A stretch of DNA of 64,000 nucleotides from Eledone cirrhosa (taxonomy: Eukaryota): the NCBI GenBank assembly GCA_964016885.1, contig OZ024742.1, positions 243,102,001-243,166,000 on the forward strand. Direction: 5' to 3'. The position numbers were made by a program, and so were the translations under genes. The notes under the pieces were generated by a model. The model made no database searches and was not told where the DNA came from. It worked only from the letters and a program-made list of their open reading frames with translations. Positions 52,950-64,000 of the stretch are shown in pieces. The stretch's first letter is position 1. Each line of letters begins with the position of its first letter.

Positions 52950-54945
52950 AAAAAGAAATGATGATATTTGAACAAATGCAGCTTTTTTTCAAAGTCGCTC
53001 TGCTTGCAACAATGTTAATACCAACGAAAACAACAGTTTTTGGTAATGTCACAGACTAGAAGGAATCACTTTATATAGATCTGCTGCAGGAACAAGATGA
53101 ACAAATTATCCAGGAAAGGGCAAGGAGGTATATTACTTCCTTGTACTTCTCAAAAACGCGAGAGCATTCCTTATGACTTCAGAGAATCTGTTAAGAGAAA
53201 CTCTACCCGATATGTTGCATAATGTGTTCCATCAATCGGACCCAGGCATATTAGAGTGTGTCCCTGGTTTTTAAGACGAAGGACTTGATGCGACAAGCAT
53301 AACTGGTGTACCACACATCTGCCAACAGGCTGTCGGCTGATGTATATGAGAAAACGAAACTCTATGCGCACGGCCATAGACAATAATATCAATGTTGTCC
53401 CTTATTTTGCATTTGTCGGTAATGCAGCCTTTAATGTTACTGATACAAGAGTAGCCAATTTTCACTGTATGGCGATTGAATATCTGTCGGTTTTTATTGT
53501 TTACAAGGAAGTGAATATCTTGGAGGGCTTGGAATTTTCTCCCTATATTTGGTCTTCAAATTAAGTGCGAATGATGGTGCGAAACACACGACGTCTTTAT
53601 GTCTAGATGTTTCTTTCTAGATGTAGGGCGGTGATCCGGAGAGTAAGTGATTCTTTCGGAGAAGCTGCTGTTGCTTAGTACTGAATTGTAGTAGGGTGCT
53701 GTCCTATCAAAGATGACTTTGCTAGAAGAGAGGTTGGATACCCTTTTACTGGTGTTATTAACAAGATTCTTTAAAACTATAGGAGGGTGGCTAGAGTCCT
53801 TATGAATGTACCTAAGTTTTTCACTGGGTTTGTGGAATGGTCTATATGTGCATGTACGTAGGTCTAAATTAACGTCTTGGAAATTAACACTGGTGATATT
53901 GCTAGATGTTGTAATGTTTAAGCTGCTGAAAGTAGTAATCAGGTTTTTTCTAAATATGTCGAGGCCATAGCCTCTTTTATGACTCGATAGTGCCAGACTG
54001 TCATCACGATATAGACCCGTATGGAAGTGAGGGAATTTCTTACATAGTGTGTCTAAGATAAAAATGCCCACCAAATCGTATATATCAGCACTGTCAAATG
54101 ATACCATCGGCACATCCTAGCTATAGTAAATGTCTTCTGTACTAAGCTAAGAACATCAATCAAACTTGAATGTCAATAAATCATCGTTGGCCTTTCCATT
54201 TATCATTAGGTTGTTTCCACTGATAGTGGATGGATTCCTTTATACAGGGGTGGTCATTATTAAAGCGGGGGGTGGGCGGTTCTGCAGCGGAATATTACTA
54301 ATCGGTCTAACTCGTCTATATTGGTGAAATTGCCAGCGAAGTCAACGGCCTTATCAAGTAAGGTCCTGGATATCGGGGGGTAAAAATCAACCATATCAAA
54401 TTTAGTAAAGCCTTCTTTTGTGTGTTTGAGGACGTTGAACCCATCTATAATTACTTGACTATTATCCCACTGATTAAGATTAGACTGTTGTCTAATGACT
54501 ATATCATTTTTTCTAAGTATGTCTTTACTAACAAGTCCTAATTCCGTTTTGGTAAGGTTTATGAGTCTGCAAGGTGGTTTATTAATGAAATCATCCTTAT
54601 GATTCTTAAGTGTAATATAAGCCTCTCTCCTAGCTAAACATTCTAACTTGTTATCTACTTTGAGGGTGGTGGCTGTATGTTTCGCCTCATTATTGATGGC
54701 ATAAAAAGTAGCAGGGTCAGCTTTTTTATATTTAAACAGTATGGTTTAGACAGAAGTTGGTTGTAGGTAGAATGATCTAGTTCATAAAGATTGTTAGTTT
54801 TATCAGATAGGACGAAAACTTTATGAGAGGATCTGAAGTTTGTTTATGCCTCTACTTATTTTATTCTGAAGGGAGTTGGCGTGTTTGCGGAAAGATATGT
54901 TAGCAGCTAGATTAAGATGATCAGCTTCAAAACTAGTGAGTTAAT
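52950..54945 (-). mobile_element. Decayed Penelope-like element (RT with YRDD, thumb, C-terminal region)
   Basis: DKTNNLY, LKNHKDDFINKPPCRLIN, FDMVDFYPPIS, GLYRDD, SSHPP, IFNRHTVKIGYSC in several frames. Confidence 0.85.
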
Positions 54946-55009
54946 TTCCCAAGAATAATATCTTGCTTTATTTACAATATTGCGATTAATTATATTTATT
55001 GAACAGAAT

Positions 55010-56690
55010 CATAATTGTTTCTACTTTTGGCACAAGGCCAGCAATTACCCAGTGCATTACTGGTACTTTATTTTATCGACCCCGTAAGGATGAAAGGCAA
55101 AGTTAACCTCGGCAGGATTTGAACTCAGACCATAAAGGGCCGTTACTCTTTGCTGCAAAACTTGGCGTCCGACCCTCTATCGATACTGTCAATCCACCAC
55201 CGTGAATTGAACAGAATCATAATGATCATCTACGTGTAAATTAATAATTGTTTCTGCTTTTGGCACAAGGCCAGCAATTATCCCAGTGCATTACTGGTAC
55301 TTTATTTTATCGATGGATGAAAGGCAAAGTTAACCTCCGTGGGATTTAAAATCAGACCCTAAAGGACCGTAACTCAAAGCATGGCGTCCGACCCTCAACC
55401 GATACTGCCAATGTGTTCAAGTTCTTATAAATCATTAAAACTTTATCTTATGTCTGTCACAACGTTTTCTGGTTATAATGAGGGGGACACAGTATAATTA
55501 TTTTATCGACTCCTGAAATGATAAAATGCAACTTTAACTTAAGCGTGATTTGAACTCGGAGCATAAAAAGAAGTAACTGAATATGAAGTATTTTCCAAGT
55601 CGCTCTACCAGTGCTGTTAATCTATATAACAGTTTCTGATTTAGGGACAAGGCCAACCATTTTGAGGCGGGGGGAGGGGGATTCCCTTAAATCGAACCCA
55701 GTGTGTTACTGATACTTTATTTGATCGACCCCCGTCAGGATGAAAGGCAATGCTATCTTCGGCACGATTGGAAATTAGAACGTAAAGGGCCGTAACTCTA
55801 TGTCACAAAACATGTTGTCAGACGCTCCACCGATACTGCCAATCCACCAACCTAATCTATATAATGATTATTTTTAACATAAGCACAAGGCTAGCAACTT
55901 GGGTGGATTGGAAAGTCATTTATAGGAACCTCCATAAGTTTATTTTATCGACCCTTGGAAGATTGAAGGGTAATTTGGGGCTCGACCAGAGTTAAACTCA
56001 GTCGTACAAAATACTGCAAAACCTTTTGGTCAACGCTCTCTAACAATTCTGCTAATCCATATAACAGAGGTTTCTAATTTATGCACAAGGCTAGCAATTT
56101 GTGGGAAGCGAAAAGTAAATTATATTAATCCCAGTGCTATAGTGATACTTTATTTTATCGACTACAAGAAGAATGTAATACAATCTTGACCTCGGTCAGA
56201 TTTAAACTCGGATCCTAAACAGTCGCAAGGCATTTTGTCCAACACTCTAACGATTCTGCCAATTCATATAATAATTGTTTCTACTTTTGGCACAATTATC
56301 CCAGTATATTACTGGTGCTTTATTTTATTGACCCCGTAAGGATGAAAGGCAAAGTGAATCTCGGTGAGATTTGAACTCAGACCATAAAGGGGCATAACTC
56401 TAAGCTGCAAAGCATTGCGTCCGACATTCTACCGATACTGCCAATCCCCCGCTAATTCATATAGTAATGATTACTTACAAGCTATGAGGATACAAATTTA
56501 TGGGTTGTGAACAGTCAATTATGCCAACACCAGTATTTGATTGGTACCTTATCTTATAAACCTTGGAAGGAGTAAAATTAAAGTTAAGATCAGAAGAAAT
56601 TGAACTTAGAACGTAAAAAGGGTCATAACTCAATACCAAAATTCTACCATTTGCTGCAGTTCTACAGATTCTGCAAATCCATATCATAAT
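55010..56690 (-). mobile_element. Array of ~8 same-orientation SINE family A-related copies of different ages
   Basis: Repeated CACAAGGC..TTTTATCGAC..AACTC..CTGCCAATCC units; TSD attgaacagaatcata around the first. Confidence 0.8.
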
Positions 56691-57931
56691 AACAAAATCT
56701 GTAACGTGATATTTTGAAAAGTAATCTGATATTTTCAAAAGAAAATCTATTTAATATTTTACGAGCTTTTTTTTTTTTGCGAAGCTGCTCCCACAGATAC
56801 ATACACATAATTACACACTCTCTTTCATACAAACACACACATATATATTGCACATATTCCATACTTATTCTGGCATTACACATTTAAGTACAAACTTCAG
56901 TGGGTGGAAACAACCTAATGATAAATGGAAAGGCCAACGATGATTTATTGACATTCAAGTTTGATTGATGTTCTTAGCTTAGTACAGAAGACATTTACTA
57001 CAGCTAGGATAAAGATGGTTGAAATAATTGGTGTTTTCTTCTGCAAAAGGGCGCACATATTTATAATATAACATATATATGTGTGTATGTATGTATGTGT
57101 ATGAATGTGTGTATATATGATTGTATATATGTAAATATGTATACATGTGTGTATGTAAATATGTATACATGTATATATGTAAATATGTATACATGTGTGT
57201 ATGTATGGATGGATGCACATATATATGTATGCATGCGTGTATGTATGTGTACGTGTGTGTATACAATGTTTTGTCTCCATATGATAACGTTGATGGTTTC
57301 TTGAATCATTGCCATTTTATGATTTTTTGTCTGGAGATGAGTTTTGTGCATTATATTATTTTTTATTGTTGTTGTTTAGCCCCAGGATTTCCCTTGTTGA
57401 ACAGATTCATGATCAAATAACTTCCCGCTGGGACCATCTCGTCTTTTGTTCTAAACATAGTTTACCCCATATTACAGCATCCGATTGATTTTTCTTTGTG
57501 ATTTATGAGAAATGATTTAGCTGCTATTTTTAGACAGACGAGTGACCACATACAGGTATCTTGTTCATTTGTGTATTTTATGCATACTGTTATTTTCCTC
57601 CAGATCAGTCCTGATTGAATAAAACTGTTTTTCAGATATATTGTATATAGGAATATATGACCGAATTTTCCCTTTACCTTCATATATTATCATGTTAGAG
57701 TGGAGTTCGATGACCGTTTAGCAGCTATTTCTAACACCACGAATAACTGCTCCTCTCGTTGGCATCTATAATGTGGCATTAGTGAACCTATCACTCCTTA
57801 TCACTAAGACTATATATATACAATAGGCCAACGAGAGAGTATCTACCTGACTATTAGACGTGCTAGAAATAGCAACCAACTTCTATCACATACAAGATAG
57901 TTGAACACTACGAGACGAAAATCCAATACAG

Positions 57932-58500
57932 CAGGGGTCCCCAACCATCGAGCCGCTGACCGGTACCGGTCCCTGCATCATTTGCTACCGGGCCGCAAAA
58001 AAATAATTAACTTGTTTCAATTTATATAATAGATGTATTGAATATTGGACTTTAATTTAAAAAGATTTGTTGAAATATTTAATATTTATATACGCAATAC
58101 ACCTTTTCTTCCCTTTAATAAATCGCTCTTTTTTTATTTTTGCTCTCTCTCTCTCTCTCTTTATTAGGGCGGAGGATTGGCAGTATCGGTAGGGTGTCGG
58201 ACGCTATGCTTTTCAGCATAGAGTTACGGCCCTTTATGATCTGAGTTCAAATCCCGCCGAGGTTAACTTTGCCCTTTCATCCTTACGGGGTCGGTAAAAT
58301 AAAGTACCAGTCAAGCACTGGGGTCGATTTAATCGACTTGCCCCTCCTCCCAAATTGCTGGCCTTTTACCTATGTAAGAAACCATTATTGCTCTCTTCAT
58401 CGAAATGTACTTAAATAACACATATGTGCAACTAGCGGTCCGCGGAAAGATTGTCCGACACCAAGCCGGTCCGTGGTATAAGAAAGGTTGGAGGCCACTG
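57932..58500. mobile_element. hAT (Charlie-like) MITE containing a SINE A insertion (58167-58390)
   Basis: TIR CAGGGGTCCCCAACC / GGTTGGAGGCCACTG; perfect 8-bp TSD caatacag. Confidence 0.85.
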
Positions 58501-59177
58501 CAATACAGAACGCAGAGATGAACAATAAAGTAATCAAAAGAAAATGAAATGAAACTTACATGAAATTACATCGCAATAACAAAATAAAGTAATGTTCGAT
58601 ATTAAATCGAACAACGTGTGACGAAGAGTGAAATGATCGGTTAGACTTATAAAAATGGGGTGACGCAATGTGGTTGATGCAGAAAGGAGATAAAATACCT
58701 TACGGCAAAAGTGGTGGTTAGCCAGTAACAACCCACGTCCGAACGGTGTGAAATCACCAAGTCAAAATGATGAAAAAATAGGGTTTCCTGGCTGAGGAAG
58801 AGGTATGTCGTAGTAATACTAGGAGAAAGGAACTGTGTGACGTCACAGATAGCTAATTGTTAAATTAGCAACGGATATAATGAAAACCAAACAAAAGTAC
58901 AGGAACCTACGACTAGGAGACGAGATATATATTCTTATGTTTTTTTACCTGTTTCAGTCAGTTGACTGGGGTCATTTATATATATGTGTGTGTGTGTGCG
59001 CACATACGTGCGTTGGTGTATATGTGTGTGTGCGTGTGTGTGAGTGTATGTGTGTGCAAAAGTGACATAGTCACTACTTTAAAACTGATAGCATACGGTA
59101 TATTGCCAAATATACTATACATACATTCATGTATACATCGCTATTTCAGAACACCAATCCTAATTCCCTATATATAT

Positions 59178-59459
59178 CTAAAGTCTAAAGTCTGTCTTAA
59201 GCCAGAAGGCTCATTTGGCCGGTGCTTATCCCGGTTTCATGGCGTGAAGCGACTGAGAGTACAAGACTCCCCCCTGGACAGGACGCCAGTCCATCGCAGG
59301 GTTAAACATCCAGCTATTGCTGGTACTCATTTTCAGCTGAGTATACTGGAACAACGTGAAATGAAGTGTTTTGCTCAAGAACACAACACGCAACCCAGGA
59401 ATCGAACTCACGACATTATGATCATAAGTCCAACACTCTTACCACTAGGCAACGTGCCT
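59178..59459 (-). mobile_element. SINE family B full copy
   Basis: Reverse complement of the 45207-45488 copy. Confidence 0.85.
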
Positions 59460-59488
59460 CCACACACACACACACACACACACACAGG

Positions 59489-59530
<42 letters not shown>

Positions 59531-59539
<9 letters not shown>

Positions 59540-59905
59540 TTCAAAATATTAACAAAATAGATATTCTTGTGATCAATTATATTTTATTATACATATTTCA
59601 GAGGTACTGAGTTAAGGTTAACAGTACGTCTTCATCAGATAAAATAAAATGATACATGACATACCCTGACATAGTAGATGGTTAAGATTCAGTCATGGTA
59701 GTCATGACTGAATCTTAACCATCTGTGTGTGTACTACCATGACTGAATCTTAACCATCTACTATGTCAGGGTATGTCATGTATCATTTTATTTTATCTGA
59801 TGAGGACGTACTGTTAAACTTAACTCAGTACCTCTGAAATATGTATAATAAAATATAATTGATCACAAGAATATCTATTTTGTTAATATTTTGAATTAAT
59901 ATTAA
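59531..59905. mobile_element. Palindromic element with two outward-facing hammerheads (59582-59644 -, 59791-59853 +)
   Basis: ~170-bp arms; ttttat-CTGATGA-ggacgtactg..cagtacctct-GAAA-tatgt-ATA-ataaaa. Confidence 0.8.
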
Positions 59906-60029
59906 TAACTCTGGAAAACCTAATTGTTGAGTGCTTCCAACCTATTGTAAAACTCATTCTTTGATGTATTCATTGAACCTTGTTTAACTCTTATATATAT
60001 ATATATACAAATATAAATATAAATATAAA

Positions 60030-60826
60030 TTAGCGAGAATCGTTTTCAGCTCAGGAATTAACGAAAATCAACGTCCGATATGTGTGGCAAGCGCTCGATG
60101 AATCATATGAATCAGAGCTACAACATACGTTAAGGGCTAAACACACTGAGATGATGGTTAAACATATCATCCGCACAGCCAAAACAAACGACCAAGTAAT
60201 TCGGGTCAAACAATAAAAATATATGTGTTGATACTTTCCCGGACCCTGGACTGATGGTAAAATCCAGTATTGGTTTCTGCGACTCCAAAATCAGGTACTG
60301 TCCGCCTACATAAAGAATGTTGGGCTTCTGGTGAGATGATGAACAAGGAAGTCGTGTTACCAACGGGTTTTGCTCCAAGATGCTATAGATAGTGTGGCTA
60401 TTACTGACCCCTCGTGGGATTCAGCAAGGGAGGCAAGACCTCTATTAAGCGAATGATTCAGTTGTGTAATATTGCGAGAATGCAAAATATCACAAATCGA
60501 ATAAAGCTCTCGACAGAATGGTTAAATATAACAGAGCTATTCAACAGTCAATATAAGTAACTGAAAAAATCAATAAAATTAACTGCTCAATAGCTAGACT
60601 CTGGAGATTAATACAAATATAAATTAACGAGAATCGTTTTCAGCTCAGGAATTAACGAAAATCAACGTCCGATATGTGTGGCAAGCGCTCGATGAATCAT
60701 ATGAATCAGAGCTACAACATACGTTAAGGGCCAAACACACTGAGATGATGGTTAAACATATCATCCGCACAGCCAAAACAAACGACCAAGTAATTCGGGT
60801 CAAACAATAAAAATATATGTGTTGAT
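60030..60826. repeat. Partial tandem duplication: ~200-bp direct repeats at 60030-60232 and 60625-60826
   Basis: Near-identical sequence, both ends abut (TA)n. Confidence 0.85.
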
Positions 60827-60830
60827 ATAC

Positions 60831-60861
<31 letters not shown>

Positions 60862-60890
60862 AAATCAGAGACGATAGCGAAGCGAATGAC

Positions 60891-60974
<84 letters not shown>

Positions 60975-60991
60975 GTATATATATGTATATA

Positions 60992-61067
<76 letters not shown>

Positions 61068-61170
61068 TAACAGATTAAAGTTTAAGCAAAGAATCGGTGT
61101 TTTCACCCTTAACGAGATCTTCTGAAACTGTCGAGCCCTCTTTGGATTTTAGTCTTCAAATTTATTATTA

Positions 61171-61210
<40 letters not shown>

Positions 61211-61218
61211 TACTACAC

Positions 61219-61407
61219 TGGGGCGGTGGATTGGCAGTATCGGTAGAGGGTCGGACGCCATGCTTTCCAGCATAGTTACGTTCCTTTACGGTCTGAGTTC
61301 AAATCCCGCCGAGGTTGACTGTGCCTTTCATCCTTACGGGGTCGATAAAATAAAGTACCAGTAATGCACTGGGTAATTGCTGGCCTTGTACCTAAAGTAG
61401 AAACAAT

Positions 61408-61410
<3 letters not shown>
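61219..61410 (+). mobile_element. SINE family A copy
   Basis: Full length. Confidence 0.85.
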
Positions 61411-61441
<31 letters not shown>

Positions 61442-61580
61442 AAATAATGAAACGAAATTAAATTTCGTTTCGTTTGTAACTCACTTTTGTATGACTGACG
61501 CTTAAACAATTAAGTTAAAAAGAAAAAGCATATAACGATATGTGCTTTTACAATTCTCCAGAAAGGCCGGTAGATAGGTA

Positions 61581-61625
61581 AATATTGCTGATGAGTTGTA
61601 ACAACAACGAAACTAGTTCAATATT
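61581..61625 (+). ncRNA. Type I hammerhead ribozyme (copy 1)
   Basis: aatattg-CTGATGA-gttgt aaca acaac-GAAAC-ta-GTT-caatatt; 7-bp stem I. Confidence 0.85.
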
Positions 61626-62047
61626 CCTTGTCTGGCTTTCTGGAGAATAGAGGAAAGGTGTTTCCTCGAAAACCAGTATGACTATAAAAACCGGTTTGTC
61701 TGTGTGTTTACATACAGAATAGCTGGGTTACTCACAGTAAAGTAACCAGTGAAAGACTTGTTACATCTACATATGTATACGTGTGTGTATTCATATGCAC
61801 ACTAGTACTTCAGTATGCATATGTAGATGTACATTTTTAACTTAATTGTTTAAGCGTCAGTCATACAAAAGTGAGTTACAAACGAAACGAAATTTAATTT
61901 CGTTTCATTATTTGTTTTTATCGTCTCCGCTGAACCGGTGCGTACTCACACTCTATGCAAATTAGTCTGCCCACTACTAATTTTCATAGAAAAAGCATAT
62001 AACGATATGTGCTTTTACAATTCTCCAGAAGGGCCGGTAGATAGGTA

Positions 62048-62092
62048 AATATTGCTGATGAGTTGTAACAACAACGAAACTAGTTCAATATT
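62048..62092 (+). ncRNA. Type I hammerhead ribozyme (copy 2)
   Basis: Identical to copy 1. Confidence 0.85.
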
Positions 62093-62444
62093 CCTTGTCT
62101 GGCTTTCTGGAGAATAGAGGAAAGGTGTTTCCTCGAAAACCAGTATGACTCTAAAAACCGGTTTGTCTGTGTGTTTACATACAGAATAGCTGGGTTACTC
62201 ACAGTAAAGTAACCAGTGAAAGACTTGTTACATCTACATATGTATACGTGTGTGTATTCATATGCACACTAGTATTTCAGTATGCATATGTAGATGTACA
62301 TTTTTAACTTAATTGTTTATATATATATATATATATAGTAATAATAATAAATATATATATAATAATAATAATAAATTTGAAGACTAAAATCCAAAGAGGG
62401 CTCGATAGTTTCAGAAGATCCCGTTAAGGGTGAAAGCAGCGATT

Positions 62445-62594
<150 letters not shown>

Positions 62595-63207
62595 CATTCG
62601 CTTCACTATCGTCTCGGATTTTTTTTGTTTTGTTTTGTTTTCTTCCCTGATAAATATTCGTCTTAGTTATCAACGCACTGTGGTGAGATGTGCTGTCTTT
62701 AATGCGTCAAAACATCAGTGACTCACGGCAGACACCCGATGAGCAAGAATTGTCCTTATGTTTGTGTTTCTCTTACGTTTTCTAAATGATATTTATTAAT
62801 AACCACACAACGTTTTGTCACTTTTAATTCATATATATATATATGTGCGTGTGTGTGTGTGCGTGTACAAATGTGTGTGTGTGTATGTGTGTGTGTGTAT
62901 GTGTGTGTGTGTGTGTACATATATATATATATTGATTTGACAGGTATCAATAATACCATTGATATCAAAAGATCTTTGTCCAGAGCCTGACAATTCAGTC
63001 ACTCAATGAAACCTTTATGTTTACTCAGAATAAATGAACCATAAAAAATGTGTATTAATGTGTATATTTATGAAAAAATAGTTATTTCAAAGAAACCCTG
63101 TTCTTTAAAATCCCTTGGCCAATGACCTCTACTCATCCCCAAATATCACCACCTTTCCTAACCACCAGAAAGGATATAAATACAACTGTTTTAAAAGGGT
63201 AGTTGGA

Positions 63208-63254
63208 TTACCTGATGATTTCTTTTGAATAAAACAGTTCTAGTCCTGTAGAAG
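63208..63254 (+). ncRNA. Hammerhead motif (G12A); family also seen as 3' halves at 18035-18080, 33030-33065 and 48782-48818 (-)
   Basis: CTGATGA-tttc tttt gaat-AAAAC-ag ttctagtc ct-GTA-gaagcc; the other copies keep GAAAC. Confidence 0.55.
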
Positions 63255-63545
63255 CCATTTATATTTTAAACATTATATATATTAAACTTTTTCTGTCCCT
63301 CAGGGTATTTTAATCGATTTTCTTAAACTATTATTTATACCGGTTTGTGCGATTGGATTATACATACATACATGATGATGATTGCTGCAACTTGACGGGT
63401 TTTGTTTTGCATCCCGCAGGGTGTCCAAAATCACCCTCCTCCTCAAGCAATCTTATTGGGGTTGCCGATTTAGTCGCCGACGATCCAACCATGCACAGGT
63501 TGTACTGGGTTCCATGTTAACAGAAGCGCTGAAGAGCGACCTGAC

Positions 63546-63640
63546 ATAACATACATACATACATACATACATACATACATACATACATACATACATACAT
63601 ACATACATACATACATACATACATACATACATACATACAT
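63546..63640. repeat. (CATA)n microsatellite
   Basis: Directly visible. Confidence 0.95.
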
Positions 63641-63649
63641 AAATCATTC

Positions 63650-64000
63650 AAAAAGCCTAGTATGGAGTTCCGACAAGCTTTTGACATCCCACCTTGAAGG
63701 ATATCTCTCAATACAGGAACAAGAAATCCCTATCAAATATCTGCTACACAAAAGAGGAGGGCCATCAGTCGACAATAAATGTAGGCTTTGTAAAACAAAG
63801 ATGGAAGATGTTAGCCATATTGTTGCCAACTGCGAAAGAATATTGTCTCGCTACTACCTCCTTATGAGAAACGATGTGATAACTAGAACCATCTGGAACG
63901 CACTTAGGAAAACAAAATTAAAAACAAATGAGGAGGAATATGTTGAGATAGATGGCACTAAACAATACTGGTAGAACCTGAAAATAAAAACTGCCACCAA
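63650..64000 (+). mobile_element. R4/Dong-like RLE LINE fragment (zinc-knuckle region), runs off the window
   Basis: EGYL.IQEQEI..KY..CRLC....EDVSHIVANC....YY..R.D.I. Confidence 0.75.

Larger units (their letters stand above)
61437..62318 (+). mobile_element. pLTR/retrozyme-like element: 331-bp direct repeat (period 467 bp) plus 5' inverted segment, each repeat with a hammerhead
   Basis: 61521-61851 = 61988-62318; 61437-61520 is the inverse of 61835-61918. Confidence 0.8.

Noticed and set aside
53079-53128. Apparent plus-strand exon (ag|..DLLQEQDEQIIQERAR..|gt)
   Set aside because: Lies inside the minus-strand Penelope-like remnant and has no partner exons.
61219-61310. tRNA-like A/B boxes, here and in all SINE heads
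   Set aside because: No full cloverleaf, and always fused to the SINE body, so not tRNA genes.

Overview
Eukaryotic, very repeat-rich, apparently intergenic or intronic DNA. No host protein-coding exon could be supported. Long (TA)n/(GT)n/(GATA)n tracts and dense tRNA-derived SINEs resemble a cephalopod (octopus-like) genome; this is an inference. Contents: a near full-length decayed L1/Tx1-type LINE in a (GATA)n tract, fragments of Tx1, RTE, R4/Dong-like and CRE-like LINEs, a decayed Penelope-like RT, an internally deleted mariner, several hAT/TcMar MITEs and over 25 SINE copies. Two signals stand out. (1) About 20 intact or degenerate type-I hammerhead ribozyme motifs lie in short, mostly unrelated non-coding elements between (TA)n runs, often as inverted or tandem duplications (Penelope pLTR/retrozyme-like), with a recurring CCGANGA core variant. 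(2) A ~3.5 kb (TA)-flanked cassette (38330-41878) has a Helentron-like end and carries a compact 3-exon SGNH/GDSL-hydrolase gene with 55-58 bp introns, plus a convergent orphan ORF. Most ORFs in the supplied track are microsatellite or antisense artefacts.
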